A stretch of DNA of 64,000 nucleotides, taken from the NCBI GenBank assembly GCA_013115145.1, contig JAAPAO010000139.1, forward strand, positions 1-64,000, read 5' to 3'. A program made the translations under genes and the position numbers. The notes beneath the pieces were generated by a model. The model searched no databases. It was not told the DNA's origin and worked only from the letters and a program-made list of their open reading frames with translations. Positions 1 through 12,975 of the stretch are shown here, piece by piece. The DNA comes from Perkinsus chesapeaki ATCC PRA-425 (lineage: Eukaryota; Protista; Perkinsozoa). Within the stretch, counting starts at the first letter, position 1, and each line of letters opens with the position of its first letter.

Positions 1-160
1 TTGTTTTCGGCATAGTATTGAAGTGCGTTGCGTCGTCAAGAGAGTGTAAATGTAAAGGTTTTACGGTAAAACTGACGAAGTAGTTAATACACATTGAATT
101 ACACATTCTTCAAGTGATAAAGGACAGAATAGCTTCTACCAACAAGGTTTATACCTTAAA

Positions 161-285
161 CCAAGCAATAAAACGCCTAATCCAAGCACCCCGTAACGCA
201 GTGCTTGGATTAACCTAGGTGCTTGGAAAATACGTAGGTGCTTGGAATTGCAAGAGTTGCTTGAATTAACAGCGGATGCTTGGAT
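161..285. repeat. Array of 7 TGCTTG(G/A)A-type cores: 2 in reverse orientation, 5 forward at 18-19 nt period, centred on a 12-bp hairpin
   Basis: Forward cores start at 202, 220, 239, 258, 277; reverse cores (CCAAGCA) at 161 and 182; TAATCCAAGCAC (178-189) pairs with GTGCTTGGATTA (201-212). Confidence 0.85.
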
Positions 286-378
286 TTGACCAGTTTCCGA
301 GATTCATCTGTTTTCCTGCGGGCGCATTTCCTGTATGATCAAGTTTGACTACTCAGCGGTGGATCCTGTAACGCAAGT

Positions 379-1260
379 ATGATATCTGCTGTTGCATTCT
401 TCTTAGTCTACTCCTCCTACGCTCAGGAGTGGAACTACTCTGCTCAAAACGCCTGGCCTGGGTTCTGCACGACGGGAAACAGACAGAGTCCTATTAACAT
501 CGCGAACGTTGACAGTAACGAGTTCGCACCTCCGTTCACTATGCGGTATGGTACAGCATCTAAGGTTGGCGTCCATGCTGAGATTGATTTGGCGATTGAA
601 ATACCTGACGCCAACGACTTCACTGTGAAAGGAGTCTATGGTGTTGAACAAGACACTTTTCGTTTGACCTATATGGATATGCACTGGCACTCTGATGATT
701 CACAAGGAAGCGAGCATCGCATTAACGGTCGACAGTTTGCTTATGAGCTTCACTTCGCTCATTACAACACTAAGTACTCCAATTTCACAGAAGCTCTGAA
801 GCACTCCGATGGAGTGGTTGCCATTGGCGTCTTGTCTAGCGTTGGACCGGAGCTTCCGGGTTTGACGAAGGTCCTCGACTCGATGGATGCCCAGAACCAC
901 GGCAGTCTGGAAGAGTTTGATGTTACTGCCATGGCACCTCCAGACCTAGCCACCAACTTCTACCTCTATAACGGCTCTGGTACAACTCCAGCATGCGAGG
1001 AAGTTATGGTTTGGATTGTGGCGAAGACACGGATGACAGTAAGTGAAGAACAGCTTAATAGGCTCCGAGCCCTCAAATACAACGGTTCATCGATTGGTCC
1101 CAATCATCGAAATGCTCAACCATTGAATGGACGGAGGGTTCTCAGTTCACAAGAGTCGAAAAGTTTCGCCATGTATTCTAGAGTCCCTCAGTATATTTTT
1201 ATTATTATTATTGTCCTTGCGAGCGCCCTATCAGAGCTTGATAGCAAGTACGTGCTCTGA
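379..1260 (+). CDS. Alpha-carbonic anhydrase, signal peptide plus C-terminal hydrophobic anchor, intronless
   Basis: Motifs RQSPINI, MHWH (His94/96), GSEH, ELHFAH (His119), YNGSGTTPACEEVMVW and NHRNAQPLNGR; hydrophobic N-terminus and IFIIIIVLASAL tail. Confidence 0.95.
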   Translation: MISAVAFFLVYSSYAQEWNYSAQNAWPGFCTTGNRQSPINIANVDSNEFAPPFTMRYGTASKVGVHAEIDLAIEIPDANDFTVKGVYGVEQDTFRLTYMDMHWHSDDSQGSEHRINGRQFAYELHFAHYNTKYSNFTEALKHSDGVVAIGVLSSVGPELPGLTKVLDSMDAQNHGSLEEFDVTAMAPPDLATNFYLYNGSGTTPACEEVMVWIVAKTRMTVSEEQLNRLRALKYNGSSIGPNHRNAQPLNGRRVLSSQESKSFAMYSRVPQYIFIIIIVLASALSELDSKYVL

Positions 1261-2880
1261 AAAGCGGTCCGTGCTTTGCTTATGCTCTATCTTCATTACG
1301 GATGAACGTCTTGCTTGCTGAGAAAAACCGGTGAGCGGAAAGCTGTTCAGTATTCCACCTAAAAAGCGACATTTTCTGTCCTTACTTGATTACCTCTGTG
1401 AAGTAAGGTTGTGTTTTGTGAAGGTATTCAAACAATCAATAACATAGTCCACCATGGACTGTCTGGCAGAAGTTCATTAAGGATAGTCTCATCGGTCCGA
1501 ACCGGGACCGCAAGCAATACGTTATACTATAACACCTGTCGCTATCCGTTACACTAGTTACGCGGAAGTGATCATGTGACAGATCATGTCCTTGTTACGA
1601 AGCGTGTGTACATCTTCAACCGAAGTATAAATTTTGGAGCTTCGTGGTATAGAGTTGCAGCAGCTGCGAGTCATGCACAGTTTTCACACTACATCAAGTG
1701 CTCGGAGTGAAACCCCGTAAAGTTTAATAATGTGGAAATAATCATAAAGTGATAAACTAGCTTTGGTTTGGTTCCACAATGGACCGAAGTGGAAGTTCCA
1801 CTGAAGTCGTCCAACTCGGAACTGGAGAATTTAAGCTCCCACTTTTGCAGTGCATATGGGGGGCGCCTGCCCGACATCCGAAAAACGGATCTAAGCTTTA
1901 AGCGTTCAATAGGACTGTGATAGTTACTAGACATCCCAGCCTGCAGTTGAGTTCAAACTCTAAGCTACTGTATAATCATGACAATATGCATGATCGTTCC
2001 CTCATGTTCGATATGAGTGGTCTAAATCGCTTGTACATCTCTTTGTACAGAAGCCGCCTGATAAGGCTAGTCGCCCTAGGCGACCGCACCGATATACTGA
2101 CTATGACAGGCGCTGGCTGTAGGTAGTATGCAGCACGACTGTAGGCATAGTTCTGTGTTCGCGTGCAGAATTCGGCAGCACGTGGCGCTGGTAAAAGTGC
2201 GCGACCGCTCCTAGAAGGGAGCGAGAGACCTTAACCTGAGGATCTAATATCCTGTCGAGTTTCGGATTCTGGGCCGAAACTATGTCCAGTGCGTGAACAT
2301 TGTGCTTCATATATGAACATTACAGTTAGTTCCCGGTAAATTGGTTAACAGGTAGAGACTGTCGGTTCGATTCCCAGGAGAGGCCTTTCTTTGCATTATT
2401 TTTGCACTCGAGTTGGATATTGAATTGAAGACTGCGCTCATGCAGACATGAGAGACTGCCATACCTTGGCCAGGTCTAAGGTGTAGTACCCACATGTGCA
2501 CCCTAGCATCTCTGTAGTTGGGATAACTCTGACAGACACAGTCCACTTCTGCAAAGAGTTAGACATGCTTCCACAAATGAGGCCTCTGGGATTTGACGAG
2601 TCGACAGGTGGTGAATGCATTAAATTCACCGAACAATGCCGATGACAATTGCCTCCGGATACACCAACTTTCGGATAGTCCCATGATCGAATGTATCGAC
2701 GCTAGAGTAGGCATATGAGTTCTAGTCCGTCGCTAACCGATCGTTGCGTGGAAGCTAGTAAATGATCGATCCTTACTGGAACGTTAGTTCGGTTAGGAAT
2801 TCCCGTTTTTAAGCGGGCTGTCGTGTGCTCTGTCTGTCGGTAAACTATTTTGGCAGTTATTTTTGCCTAAAAGGAGAGGC

Positions 2881-4532
2881 ATGGGGTCTGCTAGAGTTAA
2901 TGTAAATGGTGGCATCACAGCCCCACTCCTACCACCTCAACTTAACGAGAAAAAGCCCGTGGCTGATCCCGCATTTGATCCTGATAGCATTCTTGGAGGG
3001 TAAGCTGTCCCTCATGATTGTGTTCTATGTAACTGATAATCGTTGATAGGTACTCAGTATTAACTAAATCAATGATTGGCAGTGGTATGCTCGGTATGGC
3101 ATATGCAGGCTGTCAGTGGGGTAGGCAACTATATATCGATTCGCCGCTTTTAGTTGTGTCTTGTAGGTTTTGTAATGGGTATATTAGCATGCTTTGTAAC
3201 GGCTGGTATAACTTATTTTACGGTATATGTATTGGGCGTTATGGCCATGGAATACATGTCTGCCTCCACTGGTGAGTTATCGTTCTTTAATGTTGCCAAG
3301 TTCGTATCCCCTAAAACTAGCTGGTAATAATAACACACTTCTTGGCTGTTAATTTCTCTTATCAGGTTGATCGACCTTGGAGTTGCTGTTAAGGCATTTG
3401 GTGCATCGGTTGCGTATATTCAAATAGTGGGAAGTCTTATGGCAGAGGTTATATTGCAGGGCTTCTCGCTAAGTATTGATCGCCAGACCATAAAGTACAT
3501 AGTACAGATCATATTGGTTGTACTTCTTGCACCCACGGTCTATTGCAAATCTATCACAGCAACTAAGGCTGTTAATATGTTTGGTATTGCCAATCTTGCT
3601 TATCTTGCCTTATTAAGTGTCGTCTATGCACAACCTTCCTGGGATAATGTAACTATATGGCCGCTGTCAGCCTCGGGGCTATTCTCCAGGCTTCCTGTAT
3701 TCATATTCTGCTTTAGCTGTCAGCAGAATCTATACAAGGTATGTAATGAGCTACGTTATCCTACTCTGGGTAAACTTGAAAAGATGGGCATGTGGACTGT
3801 TCTATCTGGACTTATTATTTATACCACTGTCATGATATTCCCTTATATGACATTTGGTAAAGACGTTGACTCCAATTTCCTGCATAACCTTCCATTGGAA
3901 TCCTATCCTGTTAAACTGGGTTATATAGCAGCTAGCTTAAGTCTTGGTATTAACATACCATTGGCTATGCACCCTTGCCGTAATTCAATAACTGTACTTT
4001 GGTTTAAGGGAGAAGTACCAACTGACCGCTTGAAAGAGCGGACGTTCAGGTAATTAAAACACGGGAATAAGGGAAGCGCCATACGGCTTTCATATTCTCC
4101 CTAGTCGCTATTGTATTGGATATTTCGTGAGTCGCTATTGTATTAAATGTGTGTCGTTAGTCGCTAAAGTTGTACTGTACGTCTCCTTAGTCGCTGTTCC
4201 CTGTAATAATTGTTATATAATTTATTAGGTTTGCATTAACTACTGTGTTATTGGTTTCAATAACCATCCTTGGTATGGCTGTTGATTCATTGGGTATTAT
4301 AATGGAGCTTGCTGGTCTACTTGGTGGTAATACTATGTGTTATGTTATGCCAACATATCTCTATTGCGTTATGTACTCTGATCAAAGGGATTGGACATGG
4401 TACACTACTACCACTACAGCCGACATCCTACTTATCTATTTTATCAGGTACCTAAGTGCTTTCCTCTTCTGCTTCTTTATGCTATTATATCCAGTATGTC
4501 TGGTATCTATTATCCAACAGCATTTCCTATAG
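2881..4532 (+). CDS. Amino-acid transporter (Aa_trans/AAAP, AVT/SLC38-like), multi-exon
   Basis: Spliced TM1 GGYSVLTKSMIGSGMLGMAYA; later LPVFIFCFSCQQNL, FPYMTFG..VDSNFLHNLP, PLAMHPCRNSI and LAGLLGGNTMCYVMP match the family. Confidence 0.9.
4103..4195 (+). repeat. Degenerate intronic tandem repeat, 4 x AGTCGCT core at 27-30 nt period
   Basis: Cores at 4103, 4130, 4159, 4189 inside the about 180-nt transporter intron; the first two share AGTCGCTATTGTATT. Confidence 0.7.
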
Positions 4533-4955
4533 GATTCCCTGGAAGGTTGTTCATGGTCTACTGCTTCTGTGATGTACTGTATTTGGTAGAAATCGTTTGC
4601 TTTAGCCGGACAGACTCGGCATTCGTTTGTTACTTGTATTAGTGATAATTATTTTATTATCAGTCATCGACGGTTGCTCTTTAATCTGTAACCAACAAGA
4701 ACCGTGTATATTGCCGTTAACCATTGCTATTGCGATTATTGTCGTTGGTGCCAGAACAGTTTAACAGTCTCTATTCTTGTGTTCGTCCATAGTACTCAAT
4801 CTATCCAACAATTCCCCCCTGTTGGTGCATCTTACAAGGCACTCCGCAACTGGAGCCCCCCTCATGGGGGGGTGAACGCCCCTAGTCAAAAAACGAAAAA
4901 AGGTATGATATTTCGGTAACATCGTATCTTGGAAACAATGTTAAGTTTTGGCATA

Positions 4956-6509
4956 TTAACGAACTGAACACATATGGTTTGGAAGTAAGTATACGTCACC
5001 GTGTGGTACCACACTTACAGTCACTCCATTCACATGCTTTATTAGCCATATACCTAGTACCAATACAACAACTATTACATAACACAATAACCTTACAATC
5101 TGCCACCTATATAGCTGTTCATAGCGTAGGTAGTACAGAAGCATCCAACGCATACTTGTCCAGGTCGACATACAGTCTTACTGTCCGGGCATTGGACCTC
5201 CTTAGTCTGACGGTTTGCTATTCACCAACTGTTGTGGTATATAACTAACCTCTCCTATGGCTATTTGTGCAAGGCGTCGTCGGTGAGAATCGGCATACTG
5301 CAGTCTATCGTACCACATAAAGGGGTCGTATCTGGTAGTAAAGTGACAAGCGAGATCTCGAAACTGCCAACCTTTTGCCGGTTTGTCTATTGGTCTCTGC
5401 ACGGTGAGGGTCATTAAGGTCCCCCCATCTTCCCGATCTCTCAAAGGCATTTCTCTCTCTTATAGCCTCATTGTCGGCCTGCTAACAGTTCCCTCTAGAA
5501 TCCTTATTTGAATGGTCACACCTCAGCTTGCCAATCTCTAGACACATGAAAGGTTGAAAGCTCCTCTGTGGTGGATAACTGTCTTACGCACATGGCTACG
5601 GTGAATACAGCTAGTCGGTGGCATATCGGCATATGGCAATATAGAGAGGGATTTACCCTACACTGATACACAACTAGCATAGGTCTGGAGGAGACGATAG
5701 GGAGGTGTAACATGGACCATTAACTACTTCAACATATTATTTGATTATTGCTGTAGGTCGCTGTTGAGCTGTCGCCCTTCCTCATCCTTGTAGCACTATG
5801 ACTTCTATTACGTATTAAGGATTATGCTGATAGCACTTATCAATATATTGAGGCATTCAGCTTGCCTCCGCTTGTGATACCTCGGAGCAGGACGATACCC
5901 ATGGTGTTGGGTGTAGTAGATTGACGAACACAACAATGACGATGATGAGCGCCTCCCCTGACAGTGGTGTAATAGACCGCGTGAGTCTGTTATTAATTGC
6001 ATGTGTAGTTTACTATAATGGACAGAAAACGTGTTCACTGAACAATGTTAAGGAAGGCAAAGTCATCGTTCACCATTTCATGATGAGGATTGACCAGTCC
6101 GGGTCTTCTTGGGACTTCCTTGGACTGTGGGCTTGCATTCAAGTAGCACCGATTTGTACGTTATATCGACACTTGGTGGATCAACCTATGAAGGCACAGC
6201 AGCAATGGAACAGCAACAAGAGTCACTGTCTTACAACTTGCCAGTCTGCAGTGCTAACCTGAGGGTCATACTGCCCGGTTTGGTGTACCACCCATTCTTT
6301 AATAAGCGGATCCTCGGTATCTTTCTGAGGTCGCTTGGAGACACCTCCGTACTTGGATACCCAGAATCTAAGGTCGATGCTAGGACTTCACCCTAGAGAG
6401 CTGATTACCGATTGTGACCATGTGATACCCAAGGTCGAGATGATATTGTTATAGGAGGGGCAGTGGACTGCGTGGTAGTAGTTACAGACTGGTTATCAGT
6501 TGGTGCCAT
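4956..6509 (-). CDS. Hypothetical multi-exon protein, divergent from the acetyl-CoA transporter; 3' end uncertain
   Basis: ATG at 6509 (MAPTDNQSVTTTTQS) followed by GT-AG-bounded open exons (RFWVSKYGGVSKRPQKDTEDPLIKEWVVHQTGQYDPQ; QRPIDKPAKGWQFRDLACHFTTRYDPFMWYDRL). No family recognised. Confidence 0.45.
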
Positions 6510-6786
6510 GTATGGCGTCAATTCCAAAAAAACTAGAAGACCGATTTACTGTTTGCCCATAACGCTGCCGAGGCTGGGTCAGACAGTCTAATCTGTATTG
6601 GAAGTGCCCTATGTCATTGCTACCATGCATTCGAACTTCATAACCAGCGCCGGCCTTCGACGCATGAAAAACACAGTAAGTTTGGTAGAATCTTGCAACT
6701 CTTGCAACTCCTCAACGAAGTTTAATTGTTAGCGGAGCGACGCAGCCATATGAGCATTTTTAAAGTTAAGTAGCGCATTAGTGGGT

Positions 6787-9048
6787 ATGGCCGACTCTGA
6801 TAAAGGTAGACCAGTTAGGAGGGCTGCTGCTGCCTCTAAGAAGATGAATAATAATGTAGATGATCTAGAGTATCCACACAAGGCATCCCAACCACCAGTC
6901 TCTGGTGAAAGTAATGCGTTGACGCTGGGTAAGGTGAACTACTGGTAGGTACCATGTCATCCAGTAGTGAGGAGGAGAATGGGCCACAAAGCGAGGGCCT
7001 TAAAAAGGACTTTGGCAGCATTGTATGGTTATTAGTGCTGTACGTATTAATATGATGACAAGCAGCCTATACTAGCCTTATATGATAGATACACACTACA
7101 GGGCATTCCCATGGGCATGTCCGGAGTTTTCCCGCTACTATTAAAGGAACAAGGGGCTACGTAAGAAGAAGCCATACATGTGGTATAGGACTGGATCAAC
7201 GTTTCAGCTACTCTGAGCTGGCTCTGTTTTCTATGTGTTCGTGGCCATTCTCATTGAAGATTTTCTGGGCACCTATAGTCGATACGGTATACGTTAGGGC
7301 ATGGGGACGTCGGAAGACATGGCTGGTAGAACTGCAAGCCGGGGTACTGGTGCTCGTCGCAGGCCCCATTCAGGTGCCATGTCAACTGCTGATCGCTGGG
7401 GTACTGTACTACCTTTCGAGGCACTATGCTGCTTGGCTTCACGATAATGACGTCACACCACTATTTATGTGTTTTCTAATACTGTAATCTCCATTAGAAC
7501 ACTCCTCGAGAAGGATTGCAGTACTGTAGGTATTTTTTGGCGGCAACTCAGGACATAGCCGTTGACGGTTGGGCAATTACAATGCTTTCCAAGCAGAATG
7601 TCGGTTATGCCGGTAGGGTCGGCTCCCCATTACACCTTGTAGAGTGCTATCCTAACAGGCACTACCAACTCGGTGGGGCAGACAGCGGGTTACTTCCTGT
7701 CGTTCTCTGGCTTCCTTGCCCTTGAAAAGCTGGGTATTGTCAACCTGGAGACATTCATGGCATGGATGGCTCTAATTTTCCTACTTTGTAACTTACCTTA
7801 GCCACATCACTTAGAGCTTTACCAGGCACGATCCTTGTGGCGATCTTCAAGAAGGAGGATGATATTCCTCCCGAAGATGAGCCAGAGTCCCTATCGTATG
7901 TTTACGCTACTATATGGCGTAGGACAGCTCCTGTACATGCCAAGCAACAACGGTTTCAGATATGTGCCAAATGCCCTGCATTCAAGATGTTGTATCCCTC
8001 CTCATGGTAATGACATTGCCCTTCGGCGCAGCTGACTCAGCTGGTCTTAAACTCCAGGAAAGAGGTGTCCCTAAAGACGTAAGGCATTCTATCCTCCTTT
8101 ATGCCAGTATCCATTCTAAGGTCATAGCGCTTTTTGCCACACTGAGCACACCAGCCTACATCCTGTTGCCATGGATCCTCAGTAAATACGCTACATCAGC
8201 CCGGCCATTGGCTATGATGAGAGCTGTGTACCTGCCTAAGGTTATGTTAGGTAGTATAGTGGGAGGCAAAGGGGAGGGAGGTATGAAGGAGGAGCGTTAG
8301 GTGCCGTGTCGATGCTATTGGTGTTCATATGTCCTACCGGGGCATTGACTAGGTAGGTTAATGGTGATTCTAGTGGAAGTTACGGTATGACTTCAGGAGT
8401 AAAACCCATCATGCTCAACCTGGTGATGATGAGGTATCTATGCTATACTATTGCCTATGTTTTGGCCTACTTATAGTACATGCCGCTCTATCACAGGTAA
8501 TACCGCACGTTACTTTATCGTACCATAATTCCTTCAGTGCATTTTTCTGGGTAAGATGTCATTCTTCTCCCAAGTATCGGATACATCCATCGGCGGTACC
8601 TATATGGTAATACCGCTCCTTTCATCTTCTCCTTTCCAACTGCCGCCGTTCCTCAGACATTTTTAAACACTGTCTCCAATATCGGGGGCAATCTAGGCCA
8701 GCAGCTTGGCCTCAGAGGTACGTCTCGATCCTCACTTCGTGGGTTTCCTATTCCAATTTGTAAGCCCTCGACTATCTGGCAATAAGAAGCCCAACAAGTG
8801 GTGAAGTTGTAGTGGACTCCTTTTATGTTACCTGTACCCTCGGTATCATATTTGGCGTTGTATGGTTCAAGTAAGTTATCTTCTCCCTGGTGATGTCTAT
8901 AATGATGCGTGCGCGAAGGTACTATGGTCGCTCTCTCATAAAGCGTATCGAAGGATACAGTGCGACAGACTGGTTGGTACACGGTAGCAGCAGCAGCAAC
9001 CCCGATCAGAAAATGACGGGTAATACGTCAGAGGGCAAGTTGGAGTAA
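6787..9048 (+). CDS. SLC33A1: Acetyl-CoA transporter (SLC33A1/AT-1, AmpG-like MFS)
   Basis: QGIPMG, WPFSLKIFWAPIVDTVY..WGRRKTWLVPCQLL, FLAATQDIAVDGWAITMLSKQNVGYA, SIGGTYMTFLNTVSNIGG. Confidence 0.93.
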
Positions 9049-9142
9049 AATCACCTATGACCTTTCTTACATTTCATACCAAGCAGTATGTCGCGTTGAA
9101 GTGCTTGTTCAATATACACAGATTACCTATCATATCTCCATC

Positions 9143-9477
9143 ATGGGTTCCAGCTCCTCTACACCAGCAACTACTCCTATCGCAGAGACACCAGTTGTCG
9201 AGAGCAAGCCATGTAGCTCTAAAGTGTCGCCGACTACAGGGAAGAGGATATGTTGTGTTTGCAAGGTGGTGAGAGGCGTTAGTGGATACCATGGGTGATG
9301 GTATGTGTAGGAGACCAAAGCAGCCCGAGATGAATGCATTGTAATGAACGGTGAAGATAAATGCCGGCAGTTTATATTGGCACATAACCAGTGTCTAAGG
9401 TAGTAGTAGTGATGCATTGGGGACTGTTTGGAGGGTTACCTATCAGAGCTGAAGGATTCGAAGTAGAAGACAAGTAG
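9143..9477 (+). CDS. COX17: Cytochrome c oxidase copper chaperone COX17, 3 exons
   Basis: Spliced KRICCVCKETKAARDECIVMNGEDKCRQFILAHNQCLRAEGFEV: CCxC and twin CX9C. Confidence 0.96.
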
Positions 9478-9622
9478 CCTACTTGAAGTAGGGTTGGTGA
9501 TGATGATGCCGTTGTTGTAGTACATGTTTCCAAGACTTTTTACAATATATCAATCTGTTGTGTATGTAGACAGATTGCACAACCCTTCAAGTGTTTTTTG
9601 GGTGGCTCCTCCCTTGAAAGAA

Positions 9623-12600
9623 ATGGTATCCACGAATGAGGTGCACGGAGATGATAACAAGGCAGCACAACCGTCATCATCAGCATCAACCAACGAGGGT
9701 CACTCTATCGGCAGCACACCGGGTGCATTGAGCTCTCGTAGCGAGCTACTCAACTTGGTGTCGCAGATAAAGTCAAGGGTTCAGGACAAGCTCAGTAATA
9801 GGCGGTATGATACGATGTTCCGTTGATCGCCTTTCCACCTCAGCTGGTGTGGATTTCCCTATACCGCAGTTCATTCTTATCGGTCGGCAGTCTGTTGGTA
9901 AGAGTCGGCTTGTCGAGGCTCTGGCTGGTGAACAGGTAAGTCCCGTCTAAGTAATGTTTGCATATTGCATTCAGTTCAATTTCGTATCGGGTACATTGGG
10001 ATCAAGGCGGCCAACAGTGCTGGAGTTCCGTAACGACCCGAGCCTAAAGGTGTCCCGCTGGCAAATATTGAATACATCGACACAAGTCTGGGAGGAGAAG
10101 ACCATGCCACAAGTAAGCCACGCTACTGCTGGGCAACTTATCTGCGGTGACTATCAAGCAGGTTTTGAAAATTGTATCTGATGCCCATGAGTCTTTGGGA
10201 GCCTCTGTGTCTCGAGACCCCATATATGTTAGAGTCGAAGGAAGGAACTGTGTAGATATGCAAATAACAGATCTACCTGGATTCCGGTAGGGTTAGAAGG
10301 CCATCTGTGAGCAGCATCAAGATTGCTCAGAGAATTCGCCCTTGATAAAGAGAAGCAGTCCTTGGCCGATCAGATAGATGATTTGGTCAGCTCCTTCATG
10401 CATGATCCTCGTAATGTAATGTTGTGCGTTGAAGAGGTAGTAGCCGGTTTGAGGAGTTGGGTGGCGTTTAGTGTGGTTTGTCTAGGCTGGTGATGCTGCT
10501 AATCTTTCTACCTTGGCTAGATGCAAGAGGGTTGATCCCTACTACAATAGAACAATACTTATCAGGAATAAGCTTGATAAGTAATCACCACCACACTGCT
10601 ATATCGATTACTGTTGCTAATAGGTATTATAGAGATCTTACAGCACAGAACGTTAACGAATGGCTGGGAGGGTAGTAGGCATTGACGCCGCTCTCTTGGT
10701 GGCGTGGAGAGAGGCTTTTGTTAGGTACGGTGATCTCCCTGATAACCTAATAAAGTTCTGTCTCACTTTGCCATTTTGGGATGAAAAGCACGGCGGGCCA
10801 CCTAAGCCCTTCATCCAGCTCAGGTGATGGGCTCTGCCATTTTTACTTAAAGCGCTACGGTGGTTTTTCTGTGGTTTAGGAAGGAGATGAACGATAGAGA
10901 TATCGCTGAAATGAAATCAAAGGGAGCATCCCAGCAGTTTATGCAATACGTCGGTTTTGACAACTTTGCCCGCTTTATGGAGAAGAAGATAGAATCCTTA
11001 TTCACGTACGTAACGGGGACATGGGCAACAGCAGTAGCAGCAGCAGCAGCTCGGTCTGTTTAGTGACTCTATTGGACCATGTCTGCGTAAACTGCAGGAT
11101 CTGGATAAGGAATGGACAGATACAAGGGATTCTAACAAACAGATGTTACAGGATACCGATCCTAATACGGTGGTCAACTCCAGTAAGAATAACAACAGCA
11201 ACACAGTCCTGTGAAGTATTTGCAATTGTCAGTTCGTGCAGCTGGACGGTCCTTTGCTGAGGCTTTGAATCATGTTATGGAAGGAACAATACGATCAGAG
11301 GTAGATCGGCGGTAATGTACTCAGCTGGTCTCCAAGCGTGGAGGAGGCGCCCCGCTATTCCATCCGTAACTTGCTATTGCTTCCTATGTAGGTCAATCGA
11401 CTAACTCTTGCTGATGAACTGTATGAGTTTCAGCAATGGGTGCAATTGCAGGACTTTAGCCAGGACTTCCCTCTCCTACCAACAGATGTACGCATCATCT
11501 CCATCACACCTCATACCATCTTCCCTTAGGATTTCTCCAGTCTTGACCAGTACATAGAGTACCTCGAAACCGATTGCAAGGTGATGATGATCTGCTGCAT
11601 TCCTACTCTCAGGACTGTCGTCATGACTATCCACAGGTCCCCTCCTACGACCAGCCTTTGAACGGCGGTGCCCAGTTCAAGCGGCTCAAGTTTGAATGCG
11701 AAGTTTTCTTCCGTTTTTCGGACATATGTATTGATGTAGGCTCTTTGGTGATAATATTATTGTTATTATCTCATATAGGTATCCAAACGTGATGTCATCC
11801 AAGCTAGAGGTGTCAGCGTCAGTCAAGTACGTGGGGGTGCAGCCAATAGTAACAGCCAGTAGAGTTATCGTAGGTTTCATGGCAAGATGTTATATTGAAG
11901 CTTTTGGCTAAGGAAGGACAAGAAAATGTTCGAGCTAAGATTGCTTATGTTGGTAGACGGATTGAATGGTTTTTCTTAAAGCAAAAAGAGGTAAGGCGAA
12001 ACTGTGGCGTGAGCCAGTATACTCGGGTTAGGTTGTGATTGAATTTATGGACAATTTGAAGGGCTCATGTGATGAGCATCTTTACTCTCAACTATTCTCG
12101 AAGAGAGTTCGGCTCATCAAGGACAACGAGACCTGCCGTGAGCTCATATACCAGTAGGAAGATAAACATTGAAGGCTGGTATCTACATTATATAGGAAAT
12201 ATGATGAGAAGCTCGAACATCAGTACAAGCTATTCTCACAGCTATTCTCGAATACATTGCAATCGACCTTCGCAAATCCTTGGGCACTTGTAAAGGTAAG
12301 ATTTCGCCATTCCGAAATCGTCGGAGCGATTCTTGTTAGGCGTCATCGTGGCAGCTGGATCTCACTGATGACGGTTTTGAGGATATGTGTTTACCTTCGT
12401 TTGATGACACTAAGGCGAGAATTCCAATTGAGATCGAGTGGAGGTCTAGAATGGAGCGAAAACTAAGGAAGAGATTAAATGCGATACCAACTGATCCAGT
12501 GAGGCTCGGAATCGATGTGGATTCGGAAGTGCTCATTTTTTATTTTCTAGCTGATGATCGATGAAGCAGTTGAGAAGATTCAAACCTTGATGATGATAAC

Positions 12601-12975
12601 TTTCATCAACATCAGGAATTGCCTTTGCGATCAGTTGGAGCTATTCGCCGATAGCTTCTTCCAGTTGCCAATGGCAAGGCATCTCCAAGGAGAGATGAGT
12701 ACCATACAACTTCGACCCGAGGTAACAGCTACCGCTCCGGTTCAGGGATGCATTGATGTGTACTCAGGATCGTGCTCCCTTCATGGCCCGAAGAAAGGAT
12801 GTGCAACATGATCTCGATAGATCTGAGGCCATGTTGGAAGATATCGAATGGTGTATCGATCAGGTAGGAACGAGTGATTTATTTTCTCTGGTAATACGGC
12901 ATACTTCAGATTCACACCTTTGCCTCGACAACCAAGGCACGGCAAGGGCCAATGGACTGGAAGAAGAACTACTAA
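9623..12975 (+). CDS. Dynamin-related GTPase, DRP5/ARC5/apicomplexan DrpC-like, many exons
   Basis: G1 GRQSVGKS followed by RLVEALAGEQFNFVSGTLGSRRP; G3 DLPG; G4 NKLD; last exon IHTFASTTKARQGPMDWKKNY*. Confidence 0.85.

Noticed and set aside
161-285. CRISPR array
   Set aside because: Cores are only about 8 nt and spacers about 11 nt, no cas genes are present, and the context is eukaryotic.
2320-2385. tRNA-like sequence (GGTTCGATTCC B-box)
   Set aside because: No acceptor or anticodon stem pairs at tRNA spacing; at most an isolated B-box-like match.
2101-2629. Chain of short minus-strand ORFs as a gene or retroelement relic
   Set aside because: No consistent splice joins, RT/integrase motifs or other recognisable domain.
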